Source: Octopus vulgaris
Lineage: Eukaryota
Direction: 5' to 3'
NCBI GenBank assembly: GCA_951406725.2
Contig: OX597826.1
Coordinates: 44,702,001 to 44,766,000, forward strand
Length of the DNA: 64,000 bases
The notes beneath the pieces were generated by a model. The model worked only from the letters and a program-made list of their open reading frames with translations. It searched no databases and had not been told where the DNA came from. Below, piece after piece: positions 12,445-25,782 of this stretch (the stretch's first letter is position 1; the number at the start of each line of letters is the position of its first letter). The translations under genes were made by a program, and so were the position numbers.

Positions 12445-12526
<82 letters not shown>

Positions 12527-12595
12527 CATCATTATTATTATTAACTTTATTATTATTATTATTACAACTACTATCATTATTATTGTTATTATTAC
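11985..12595. repeat. (ATT)n/(GTT)n tracts with an embedded family A SINE (~12150-12310)
   Basis: Direct repeats plus gactttgcctttcatcatttcaggggtcgat. Confidence 0.85.
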
Positions 12596-12982
12596 CGCAT
12601 GAAATGCACAAGATTTTACATTTTACAGACTTAATATACAGCTACCAAATCTTATTACACACATCAAATGTTAAATTGTTCGCGTGTGTATACACATAAA
12701 TATACATATATACGTGGATATGTATCTACAAGTGTATGTGTGTATGTGATCTATATAAGCATGTATATGTATGTGGGAATATATATATATATATACGTGT
12801 GTATACACATATATGTGCATGTATGTGTATATATATGTGTGTGTGAGTGCGCTTGTATATACATGAAAGTATATATATATATAATATATATAAGTATATG
12901 TGTATATACATGGCTATATATACATGTGTATATATCTATATGTGTGTGTATATAGACATACACATATATGTTCACCTGTGAG

Positions 12983-13013
<31 letters not shown>

Positions 13014-13022
13014 GCACACACA

Positions 13023-13103
<81 letters not shown>

Positions 13104-14044
13104 GATTGTGGGAGACGAATATATGCCATGAAACAAATCAACTTATAGCTTCTATTCACAATAAGAACTACAGTATTTTTGATACCCCACATTCTTGCTG
13201 CCTTCACCAACAGAACGTTGTATTTGGACGTTTTTCATTTTGTATGATTGATGTTTCTGTCTGCTGGATATGAAATATCAATCAATATACATGATATATT
13301 CGTATTATGGTTATGACTGTGTCAGGTCACTTGACCAGTTTTTCTATGTTTAATAGCATATATAATATAAAACTATTCTTTCCTTACAACCTTCTCACGG
13401 TTATGACCACTGTTTGCTTTCAGTTTTATCTGAAAAAAAAAATAGCTATGTCTGTGTCTGTATAATGCTGTCTGTGTTGAACACAATTGGATTGCCGTCT
13501 GTGTCTGCTTCTTCGAGCAGTGTTTACCTCTTTGTTAGATGCTTCAATTGTGAATATATCAAATTGTAAACTAGTAACATATCTGTTAAGTTTAATCTTC
13601 GACATACATCTCTTTAATGGTATATAAATCAGGGTCATGTACTAAAAGATGTACGCAAAAAATAAAAAAACAAAATGTCATTTTAATTGAATTCTGTCAC
13701 TTCGTTTGAGAAAGAGTACGAAAACATGGCTGTAAAAAATGTTTAACGACTCTCAAACCGGAGAGGAAATCTGATCTGCGTAACATTTTGTTGAAAACAA
13801 ACAAGTGTGTTAATTCATTTTAAATTTAAATCTATTTTACCTCAACTATTTCAGTCAACATATCACAGTTGTGTGGCGTAAATTTGGATACCTCAAGAAA
13901 TGTAAATCTAATGTAAATTTATCAAGTCTGTGTGTTATTAAATAGCACTTCAGCTATATAGTTGTTTCAATTTCACTTTAAGATCTCTGGTGAAGTCACT
14001 ACACTAGTACAAGCCCCAAAATATGAGATAGTTTTACTAAATAT

Positions 14045-14265
14045 ATTACGGAGATGTACTTGCATAGTAAGTGATCTGATCTGAGATCGTGTGCTGGAAC
14101 GAAAACACTTGCAGCGTGTTTATAATACATTTAAGAAACACACAAAAACCGTTAGATTCACTTCAACATTTAAATTTAATTTGTCAAAATATTTTCGTCG
14201 CTTTGAGACCGCGACCTGTTCACCGGCAGGTCGCGGTCTCAAAGGGACGAAAATATTGTTACTAA
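14045..14265. mobile_element. Probable repeat fragment ending in a 31-bp near-perfect hairpin
   Basis: Arms 14188-14218 and 14227-14257 have one mismatch; 8-nt loop. Confidence 0.65.
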
Positions 14266-16019
14266 ATATAATTTTTTAAATAATAAGCTGTGGAATCGTT
14301 TTTACTAAAGAACATAGCAGCTTCAATTATGTTTTGGTTGTAATAGACCTCGTCTGTGAAACTTACGCCAAGTGGAGCCTTGTTGATTTATCGATGGGAA
14401 TATTACATGTAGAGAAAAACGTTACAGATGTTGGTCAATTGTAAATTGCATAAATAAACAATATAATGAACTAAGAGAAATAATTCCATGTTACGACTTC
14501 AGATTAATTTTGTAAAGGGCAAATGACATGCTATAGTCTATTTGATTTGCAATGTATTATGCATAGAAATGTTCGTAATTCTATTCAAATACTAGTTTCA
14601 GCTGTTACATTTTGTGGTTTTCTTTCGAACTCTGTACATATAATGTGACTGACAAAGTGAAACAAACAGCACTGATTGAAAGTGAAAAGATAAAATATAG
14701 TCGTTAATAATCGTCAACAATCAATAATAATTGCACTAATTGTAAAATGAAAATGAATTCTTTCTTTTTTCACTTCCTTCTTTAATCATTAAACTGAACT
14801 GGTTTGTCGAAAATGTGAAGAAAAAATCACAATCAACTACCAACTTTTGAAGCTTGCACAGACATACGCATGTGCACACTCTTATACATATAGCTATACA
14901 TAAAAGACATATGTACGCATGCACACACCATAAAATTAAAAATTTCCTTTGACTTTGCAGTTTACTTCCTTAGTCTACCATATCATATGTTCAAAGTTCG
15001 AAAAATATTCCATGTTGTTTATATAATAGCTTATGCTCGTCTATTCCCATGCTATTGTTTAATATTCATTACTTATTTCAAATAATGTTTTCAGTTTTGC
15101 TGTTCCTCTGAACTCTGCTGTGTTCGTTGTGATTTATTATATTTTTATACGTACATCAACGTAACTGCTTGTGTTTAACATATGCAGTTATTTTATAAAT
15201 TCTCAGTGTTTAGACAATGGCCGTCATCACCATCATCACGACGACGCCGACCAACACCATCACCACCACCACCGCTGCCGACACTGCGACCTCCACCACC
15301 ACTGTCAACAACAACGGCTCTTTCATATTCACATAGTATTTGCTTGATTTTTACAAACCAGATGTTATAAATTGCGGGAACCACTACTTGGTCACTTGAC
15401 TGGTTAAAAAAAAAGGGGCGACATATAATCTGAAACGCCGTTATGGCCAATCCTTTTGTTGTATGTCGGCAATATTAGAAAAGAACTGGGCTTAAACAAT
15501 TTCCCCAATGTGTATTGTGAGAGGTTTCCTTGATGTTCAGATAAATTCCACTAAGTATTTGTTTCCCTCTGTAGTATATAGTAGAATTTATCTTACCTGC
15601 TTAGTGCTAATTGCAATCGATGGCTGTATCCATTCATTTACGAGCGTGATACCCAATTATAGTTCATATACGTTGTTGGACATTCTACCTGTTGCTCTTC
15701 AATATTAATCTCTCTGACGTAAATGATTCAGAAATGCATTTTATCTTACGTTCGTTTTACATATGCTTCACAAGGGCGTTTGATCAGCTAATTAATTTCA
15801 ACTATCCGAACAGAATATAAGATTTATTATCTTTCGCCTTTTTTATTCTAATGTTCTTTCGTTTTTGTTTGTATGGCTAGGTAGCTGGCTTTGCAATTGC
15901 ATGGTTTTTAGTTGTTGAGTCCCACTATGCGGTAGAGTGAGCAAGTGTGCTCTACTGTAGCCCAAGGCTGACCAATGTCTTTTTTTTACCACAGATGTTA
16001 ACTTTGTTGTAGTCCGTCG

Positions 16020-16092
<73 letters not shown>

Positions 16093-16139
16093 GTCTGTCT
16101 GTCTATCTATATATCCATCAATCTATCTATATATATATT

Positions 16140-16463
<324 letters not shown>

Positions 16464-16744
16464 TATAATAATAATAATTCGAGGGAATCTCAATTAAACA
16501 AGCGCAATGAAATGCTGTATTCCATAAATGTGTAGTAGAAGTAAAGAGTGTACATAAATCTTGAAGGTGTACCGACCTTGAATCAGACCTTGGGTATATT
16601 TGCGAGTTAATATGAGGTCAGTTATGAAAAAACATCACTATCTTGCTTGAGAAATATATTTGGAAAAGCTTAACATGTAGGTAAAGGTGGTATATCCTTT
16701 AAACAGTAGATAACTTATGAAAGAAGATCTTGGAAGATATGCAA

Positions 16745-17815
16745 GTCCCCAGCCATTTTGGAGAAGGGTTTAAGTCAATTACATCGACCCCAGTGCTCAA
16801 ATGGTATTTATTTTATCAACACCAATGATACAAGATGAATTGCATAGTCGACCTCGGCGGAATTTGAACTCAGAACGTAAGGACGGACGAAATGATGCTA
16901 ATTATTTTCTTCGGCGTGCTAAACGATCTGCCAGCTCGTCACCTTCAAAATAATATTGCTTTCAAATTTTGGAACAAGGGTTGGGGTTCAGTTGATTATA
17001 TCAACCCCGGGTGTACAACTGGTATTAAATTTATCGACCTCCAAATGGATGAAAGGTAAAATCAACCTTGGTGGAATTTGAACTCAGAACATAAAGAAAT
17101 GCCACTAATCATTTTTCCCACCTTACAAACGATTCTGCCACCTCGCCGCCATCCAAATGATTATAACATTAATTTCAAATAATGGTACGAAGCTAGTAAT
17201 TTCGGGGGTGGTGTTAAGTCGATTACAGCGACCCCACTGCTCAGTTAGTACTTATTCTATCGACTCCGAAAGGATGAAAGGAAAAGTTAACTTCGGTGGA
17301 ATTTGAACACAGAACGAAATGCCGCAAAACGTTTTCCCTGGCATACTAATGATCTGCCAGTTCACCGATATCCAAATAATTATATTAATATCTGCCAGTA
17401 TTATGGCTAAAAATAAATCCCCAAAATACAAATATTGCTTTGCGATATCAAATTTTGTGCTAATCGTGTCTTGTTATCGATCTACCTCACGTATATCTCG
17501 TGAATTAAGATGTAGAATAGCGTACCTTCACTATAAAAGTTTATGGTGATCCGTTTTTAATTGATATAATTCATGGGTGATATTTAAAGCTATCAAGAAT
17601 ATTGATTTCAAACTTTGGCACAGGGCCAGCAATTCCAAGGGAAGACCTAAGTCGATTTATATCGACCCCTGGGCTCAACTGCTACATATTTTCACAACTT
17701 CGAAAGGATGAAAAGCAAAGTCGACCTCGGCGGGATTTGAACTCAGAAAATAAAGTCGGACGAAATGTCGCTAAGCATTTTGTCCGGTGTGCTGACGCCT
17801 CTTCTAGCTCACCGC
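16745..17815 (-). mobile_element. Cluster of about 4 co-oriented family A SINEs
   Basis: Repeated ggatgaaagg.aaagtcgacctcggcggaatttgaactcagaac. The last copy (17603-17815) has a 20-bp TSD tttaaag(c/t)tatcaagaatat at 17583-17602 and 17816-17835. Confidence 0.9.
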
Positions 17816-18744
17816 TTTAAAGTTATCAAGAATATCAAACGGAGAAATTTGATTTTACAACTCAGTAATGTGTGACATGTTTGGCAATTGACAGAGAAGC
17901 GTTCAAAAACTTCAATAAAAGGTAAACCATACATACCATCTGTATCATTATAACAAGTATGTCATGTTTAATCTGCTATCGGCCAACCTCTTTATTTTAT
18001 CTCTTCGTATTCTAAGCTGACATCCGCATCTTTGAAATTGGATATGCAATACTATCTTCTTAAATGCAATTATGTTATCTGTTTCTTCTCATTAGACAAC
18101 TTTCGCACATGTCAAGACACTGCATGTAGTTTTTCATTAATTTACTTCAAATTTGTTGGTGGTCGTATGATGTATTGAAGAGTGTCCTCTACTTGAATAT
18201 ATGCCATTGCTTCTGTGTAGTGCGTATGTGCATGAAGAAAGTGAATGAAGGAGCAATGTATTGGATTATCAACACAATTCTTATGTGTTACCTATTGAAA
18301 ATCTCAATAAGAACAAAATGAAATGCATCGTTATCTGAGTATCAGCTTGTCTAAATTAGATCCTGGTAGTGTTACTTGAAGGTTTGGAGGTTGTACATGA
18401 AGCATGTCAACGTCCTATCTATGTTAAATCAAGTTATTAGATAGTTTCTTTATAAATATTAACTTTAAGAACGTCTGTAAAACATGACAAAGTTAGTGAG
18501 AAAAGTGTATGTAGTTCTGTTCAATGTCAAAAATATCTTAAGAAGATATGAAGTTCATGTAAGATTTGTAAAGATGTATAAACAATATACGTGAAGTGAA
18601 TTTGATACATGCCTTTATAGATTGTTCCAGGTTCCAAACTGTTGAACGAAAACAAAAGGATGAGATTTTCAGCGCAACAGCATGATAAATTCTCCACTTG
18701 AATGGATAAACTCCTCAAGATATATTGAGTACTGTTTCTTCGTT

Positions 18745-18973
18745 AATAAGCGAGAATTTGTAAGAAGGCTTCTAGCAAAGCGAAACTACTCACGTTACAC
18801 GACGAAAACAGTGACGTTTGGGGGCAAAAGTCTGATGCCTTGGGATATATAAAAAGTGATGGTTCAAAGAAGTTGGTTAAAATTGATGGTAACTTGAATA
18901 GTGTCAAATACATCTAGCTGCTGAAGGGGATGAAGGGGAGAATTTTCAGCATGACGGTGGTCCATACCTCAGA
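18745..18973 (+). pseudogene. Tc1-family transposase fragment
   Basis: RYTTKTVTFGGKSLM.WGYIKSDGSKKLVKIDGNLNSVKYI..IFQHDGGP matches the Tc1 DDE-domain motifs; stop and frameshifts present. Confidence 0.8.
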
Positions 18974-19069
18974 GTCTGGCTAATATGTTTTCAGCGGTGT
19001 AGAATTTACAATGTAATTATTCTTTTTCATTCCAGGTGCCATTATATCAAACATTTGGGAAGAGTAACC

Positions 19070-20035
19070 ATGCCACGCACAAAAAATTCAGTAGAATTAT
19101 CAGATTTTCAAAGAGGTCGTATTGTTGGGCAATCTGAGGCAAAAAGTTGCCGAAAATCTTCAAATTCCTGTTGCTACTGCTAAGAGAATTATAGTGCAAT
19201 TCAAAAGCCAAGGAAAAGAATCAACAAATTCTCGTCCCGGCTGACCTGGATCCTCGGAAATGAAGCTTTGCTGTCTGAAGAGAATTGTGGAACACGAACC
19301 CCGTTCGAAGGCTTCTGACATTGCAAAGCAGCTAGAAGTTAGTCAAAGGATTTGTGTTACATATCTGCATAATCTTGGGTATTATGGACGAGCAGCTAGA
19401 AGAAAGCCTCTCCTTCAACGAATTGATATGAAAATAAAGGAATGGGCTAAGGAGATGTCAGAAAAATCCAGTTCATTTTGGGATATAAACATTTTCTCAG
19501 ATGAATCCAGTGGATGTGTTTGGGTCTGGAGGCTTCCCAATCAAGAATTTGATTTAAAACGACTGCAACCAACTGTGAAAGATGGCGGTATCTCTGTAAC
19601 GGTATGGGGAGCTGTCACCAGCAATGGTCGTTCTGAGCTGATTGAATGTGTTGGAACCATAAACTCTGAAAGATACATCGAAATACTTAAGCAAGGACTA
19701 CTTCCGATGTATTCACACGATAAAAACGAAAAATAAGTTTTTCTTCATGCCACACAGCGAAACGGAATAAAAAATGGTTGAATGAAAATGGGATCAAAAA
19801 GCTTCCTTGGCTGAGCCAATCTCCTGACATGAGCCCAATTGAAAATCTTTGGAGAATACTAGATAGAGCTATACGAAAAACTCGCTAGAAACCTAAATCT
19901 AAAGATGAATTGATTACATTGTTGCTTGAAAAGTGGGCAGAAAATCCACAAGAGACAATCACAAAGTTCATTAGTTCAATGCCAAAAAGAGATTCTGAAT
20001 TAAAAATTGCAGAGGGAATGTCAAATAAATATTGA
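19070..20035 (+). pseudogene. Near full-length inactivated Tc1 transposase
   Basis: MPRTKNSVELSDFQRGRIVG (HTH), ARRKPLL, IFSDES, TVKDGGISVTVWGAV, WLSQSPDMSPIENLW, SMPKR. In-frame stops, frameshifts and deletion around the second D. A likely right TIR at ~20108-20139 is followed by TA. Confidence 0.92.
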
Positions 20036-20901
20036 AGTATGTAGTCCTAACTATCGATTACATTTCAATTGTTCGCTTTGCGTATTAGATAAAAGATTTT
20101 GAAAATTAAAGGTGTCTATTTATTTCCTGCATGTCTGTGTATATAAATATATAAAGAGAGAAAAGAAGGAAGGAACAGACGGATGAGAGAGAGAGAGGAT
20201 GTTATGTTGTAATATATTTCTCCATAGTTGTGATTCTCACAATACATAAGTCATAAAGAAGAAGTGTATTATACTGTCTCAACCAAACTTCGAATGTAGA
20301 CAGTGATTGGAGCATCTACGTTAAATTAGTATTGAAAATTCTGGAAAATGTAATTTCTATTCTGAAACTGTGAGGAAGAAAACGTTTCTTTGAATGGTTA
20401 ACGTATTCCATAGGTAGAAGACATTTCCTGATTTATATTTGTCGCTTCTATTTCTTACTTTCAAATTATAGTAATTTTTCATTTAACCGTTAATATTGTT
20501 TCGTATTTATTTTTCTCTTTTTTCTTTCTTATTTCTCACATAAAATTTCTTCACACATGAATATCTCGACTATGTTTAAAAATATATAGTTTTATCAAAT
20601 TATTTCAAAATGAATTTGCTTTATTCGAAATTCCTTATTAAATTCTTTAAATTTCATTTTCCTCAAAGATATTTTTTTTGATTTTTTTAATTTCTCATCC
20701 TGTCTTCGTACTTTTTTTTTTTCATGAATGGTCTCCTACTTTTAAAAGTTTTAAGACAAATTGTTTATTCAATATTTTTGGCTTCACTCTTTATTGCTTA
20801 TAAATTTACTTATTCGCTGGCGTTTTATATAATAAAACTTAAATTTCAATTTATATAGATGTTTACATTCTTCATGTTTATTTTTCTATTTTATTTTCCA
20901 G

Positions 20902-20939
20902 ATCGAGTAGGTCTGAATACATATTTAGACACGTACTGA
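20902..20939 (+). CDS. Candidate short terminal exon (DRVGLNTYLDTY*)
   Basis: Strong polypyrimidine acceptor tttttctattttattttccag; open in phase 1 to TGA; followed by long AT-rich unique sequence. Confidence 0.2.
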
Positions 20940-21469
20940 TGTCAATAGCAAAAATATCAATGCGATTTACCAACAGATTCTTTAAACAATCATTGCTAAA
21001 ACATTAAAAACCTGCAAAGATTTTCGTCCAGAATATTTCCCCAAAATTACAAGAAAATATGTACGTAATTCAATTTTAGTTATCATGTAAGTTAAATAAG
21101 TTAAAGTAAATTGATTTTGACTATGAATATTTATAGTGAAGAAAACGCTCAGCCTAACTATGATTTCCAAAAACATACTGTTTGGCAATCTGTCACATTA
21201 GCATAACGTATTTCAAATCTGAGACAACTACATTTACTGAAAAGTATTTTGTCTGTAAAATTGTAAAATTTAATATTTACAACGTCAATGTGATGCACTA
21301 ATACTTTAATAACAGTTGCTTGTTTCTAATTTTATGTGCTTTTCCTATATGAATAGCTGCACAACAATATGACTATTTGTTAAGATCATCGATTTTAAGA
21401 AATGTATTTGACATATCCAGGGAACCTAATCACTATAGGAATTAAAAGTATATGATATAAAATTCTTGA

Positions 21470-21672
21470 TATTTCTCTCCAATTTTAGCACAAGGCTAGC
21501 AATTTTGAGGGAAAGACGTAAGTTGATTGCATTAATCTCAACGCTTTTATCAACCCAGTAGTTAAAAATGTCAAAGTCAACTTCAGTGCAATTTGAAATC
21601 AGAACGTACTGAGTCTGAAAAAATAGACTGAAACATTTTTCCGGCATGCTAAGGATCTGGTAGGTTGCCGGA
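21470..21672 (-). mobile_element. Diverged family A SINE
   Basis: caaagtcaacttcagtgcaatttgaaatcagaacgta. Confidence 0.7.
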
Positions 21673-22019
21673 CTCTAAATTTGTAGCACTCTCTCCCTTT
21701 AAACTGTTACATCTTAGAATAAATCTATGCTTTAACGTGACTATTTAGGCGCCCAAATCATTTAGTGAAACACTGCTGCATTTTAGCAAGCAATTCTTGC
21801 TAACTAGGGAAGGCTGGTTGTATTTTAGATACGTAACGTTCACTAAATGAAACGTTATCTAACTCATTTATTCATTACATCACTTATTAAAACCCTCAAG
21901 GATTGAACAAAACAATATCTCAATGGAAGCATACAAAATATTTTTATATCTAACTCATTAATTATAACACTATTTGTGCTCTAGGCTTTGCTGCAGAAAC
22001 GAACAACATCAAACTGCAA

Positions 22020-22263
22020 CATATATGTGTACACAGAAAAACACGTATGTGCATACATACATACATTCTTATATGCATACATACATATATAATTCATACA
22101 TACATATATACATACATACATATATATGTACATACATAGATGCACGCACTTAAACGCATTTACATGCATGTACACGCACGAAAACAACTTACATGCATAT
22201 AGATATATACATACATATACTTTATACGTATATATGTGTATATATATATATGTATACATACAT

Positions 22264-22305
<42 letters not shown>

Positions 22306-22389
22306 ACATTTTGAATACAAACACACAAGTATAAATATGTGCATATCTAAGTGTGTTTATATGTATATACATATATATGTTTATATATG

Positions 22390-22442
<53 letters not shown>

Positions 22443-23156
22443 GAACACAAAACTACTTATATGTGTGTAAGCATTTATGAATACATGTATATATGTATTT
22501 AAGTATAAGAGATAGTTCTATTTTGAAACCTGTTATTGAAAATGTAGCTGTGCCAAGGTTTGACTTAAATCTTTTCGTATTTCCTATTGAAGTATATTTT
22601 TCTTTTGGAACAATACGTTTCATAAGAAACCACGAAAAACTTAAAAGGATAAATGGTAAACCCAGAATAAAATTGTTAAACCTGGGGCAAAGTCGTTATT
22701 TCTTATAACGCACCCAAACACACACTGAAGTGTTTTTACATGCGTATGTTTATGAGCATGTACAAAAATATGTTGTTGTGGGATTTTGTATTATAAATCT
22801 TCTTAATTAAAAGTACTATAGTTTCTTCTCTTAACTGCATTAACGTCCCCGTGTGCATTTTCAAATCTATCCAATAGTTACGCTGTTAGACTGATTTCAG
22901 GATATGCGTATTTTCTGTGATGAGCGTATGTGCGCGATATTTGAAGCCTGTTTTCAAATGCGAACACTTTATCAATAACATACATTCTGGTATCGAGAGA
23001 GACAGAATGATAGAGAAAGGGAGGAATGAAAGAAAAAGATAGACAATGACAAAGACCATTTTATGTCAGTACAAATCTTTATATATATATATGTGCGTGT
23101 GTATGTGTGTGTATATATATATATGTGCGTATACTTATATATGGATATATAAATAC

Positions 23157-23238
<82 letters not shown>

Positions 23239-23295
23239 ATATATATAATATATATAGTTATGTATATAGATACTTATATGTATACACATACACAC

Positions 23296-23352
<57 letters not shown>

Positions 23353-23355
23353 CAA
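22020..23355. repeat. Two compound (TA)n/(CA)n/(TACA)n microsatellite blocks
   Basis: Direct repeats at ~22020-22440 and ~23078-23355. Confidence 0.9.
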
Positions 23356-25529
23356 TAATTGCACTTCTATCTTTCACTTCCATAGATTATTCTAGTCACA
23401 ATTATATTAGGATACACATTATTTTCTTGGAAATACTGCAATATCAATGGCAAAAATAAACCATATGAAACTTTAATAAATTCAGTAACGCCAATAACCA
23501 GCTAGTCGAAACCATGATTGATGAACGTTGAAGTTTTAAAGTTATGAGGAAGTTGGTCTAATTTCCTGTAAAATGTTTTAACAGAATATCTTATTTTGTC
23601 GGTAATATTTCGTCAGTGCTTTCCATTATTTAGTATAGTTTGGTTGCTGTCCTACATTTCTGAGTAATGTAAGTAACAAAAGTGTTGTAAACTATTTATT
23701 TTATTCTAAACTGATTGTCTTCTATTTTACAGAAAATAGTCTTTGAAATACTATCATAAACGTCAGTATGTATTTTGAACCACTAAAATTTTAGTTGACA
23801 TCGTACAACACATTCAATATTAGGTTCCTTTATATATCTTGATTGATTTCACGTAGGCAGGCTATATTAACTATATTTCTATAATATTAAATCAATATAC
23901 GGCTATTTCAGCTATTTTTACTATAATCCAAATACCTTTCCTGTTCTAACACCAAAAAGGTCAAGTCAATTAGACGTGCAGTCAACATAGATCTGATTCG
24001 CATTCATTTTGTAATTCTATCCATATTGATTGATATAAGTGGAGGTTATTTAGTGGAAAGTGTATCGACTATCGTCACTAAGAATTATGTTTGTTACAAG
24101 TAAATTGGATGTAAAGCACTTCTCTTTTTGGTCAATGATACTTTGAATCTTCGAAGAAACTTTGATTTCCATAAGACTTACGACTTTTAATCAGTTTTAT
24201 ATGAACTAGATTTAGATTTAATGATATTTGCCCTCCTTCAAGAACTTTAGCAACCATTCTTATAAGATTTCCTTCAAAATATATCTTCATCTTTTCGAGA
24301 GTTTTGATCTCCTCTTTATTTTTAGATTAATGACTCGCAGATGTAAAAGATAATCTTATTTTTCTCTAAAGTCCATTTTAAGAAATATAATAGCTATGTT
24401 AACAATACTTAAAGTTTTGTAGAAAGTAAGAAAGTATGATAATTTGTACTAAGAACCATAACGAACAAATTTATATTTTCATTACCCATTCTAAGTTGCG
24501 GCTGGCATATGGAAAATGGTTTTAAATCTATGACTTCTTTCCTCATTTAGTTTTCTTCTTCTGGCTATGAATAACTCAGTCATATGAGAATATTTTATTT
24601 GTGTAAAGATTCCGCACCATTTTGTCGACCTAATGTATCGCTATAAGCATTTAAAGCATGAAAAAAAATTTTGTAAATGACTTCATGATTATTCTTTTCC
24701 GACTGGCTATTTTGAAATGTTATATTATTTTTGAATGTGGTGAAATGAAATATGTAAGAATAGCGTTTTAAAATTGCTCATGAAGTTATTTTGGCCTTCA
24801 TTTATTGTCAGAGATATTTTCAAATTCTCTGATTTATGTTCTCTACGTTTTACATAAAGTTTTCAAATGTCAAAATATTTCATGTTGCTTCTGACAAGTA
24901 TCGTTGGCACATTAGGAACGTGTATACATTGTGCAATGTTTCACATTGAATACATCGTCATTAAAATAGTTGATGAATTAATCTTTGTTAGAAGTGAATA
25001 AATATTTCTTGTTGAATTGAATAAATACCGTCCAGAATGTAGTGTAGTCTGGAGTCATATGTTTATTCCGAAATACTTTTCTTTTTCACTTCTGAAGCTA
25101 TACAAGTAACTCTAACTATTAATGCCTGTGACTTTTCGACAGCTATTCATGAACCTACAGCGTACAAAGCTTTTAAATGTTAATGTATGATTTCATAGGC
25201 TCACCCTTAACCTAAATCAACGGCAACATCATCAGTTATTCAGTTTGCATGCATTGTTCTATAAAATATTTTTGAAGTGTCTGTGATAGATGGAGATTAG
25301 GTCAACGTTGCTTACTTTACCAACAGAAGTTGTTTAGTCATATAAGATTTCGTTTCCAATTCTTACAAAATAACTCAGTATTAAGCACATCATCGCCTAG
25401 AGACTAGCCATGAATATTTTTTTTCACTTCAGGACTTAAACTGGAAAACTGTTGAATAATAAATGAATTATAATATTGTAAAACAAATATATAAATAACT
25501 AAATAAATAGATTCATAAATAAATAAATG

Positions 25530-25616
25530 GATTATAATATTGCAAAATAATAAATAAATATAACTAATAATAATAATAACAATAACAATAGTGGTAGTAG
25601 TAGTAGTTGTAGTAGC

Positions 25617-25662
<46 letters not shown>

Positions 25663-25715
25663 ATACTACTACTAATAATAACATCATCATCAACAACAAC
25701 AACAACAACAACAAC

Positions 25716-25774
<59 letters not shown>

Positions 25775-25782
25775 CAATAATA
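25530..25782. repeat. (TAA)n/(TAG)n/(CAA)n compound microsatellite
   Basis: Direct repeats. Confidence 0.95.

Noticed and set aside
15597-15713. Minus-strand exon with strong CAG|gtaaga donor
   Set aside because: All three frames contain stops from the plausible acceptor. It could only be non-coding or a first exon, and there is no further support.
19260-19736. Active or domesticated Tc1 transposase ORF
   Set aside because: Flanked by in-frame stops and frameshifts, and the second catalytic aspartate region is deleted.
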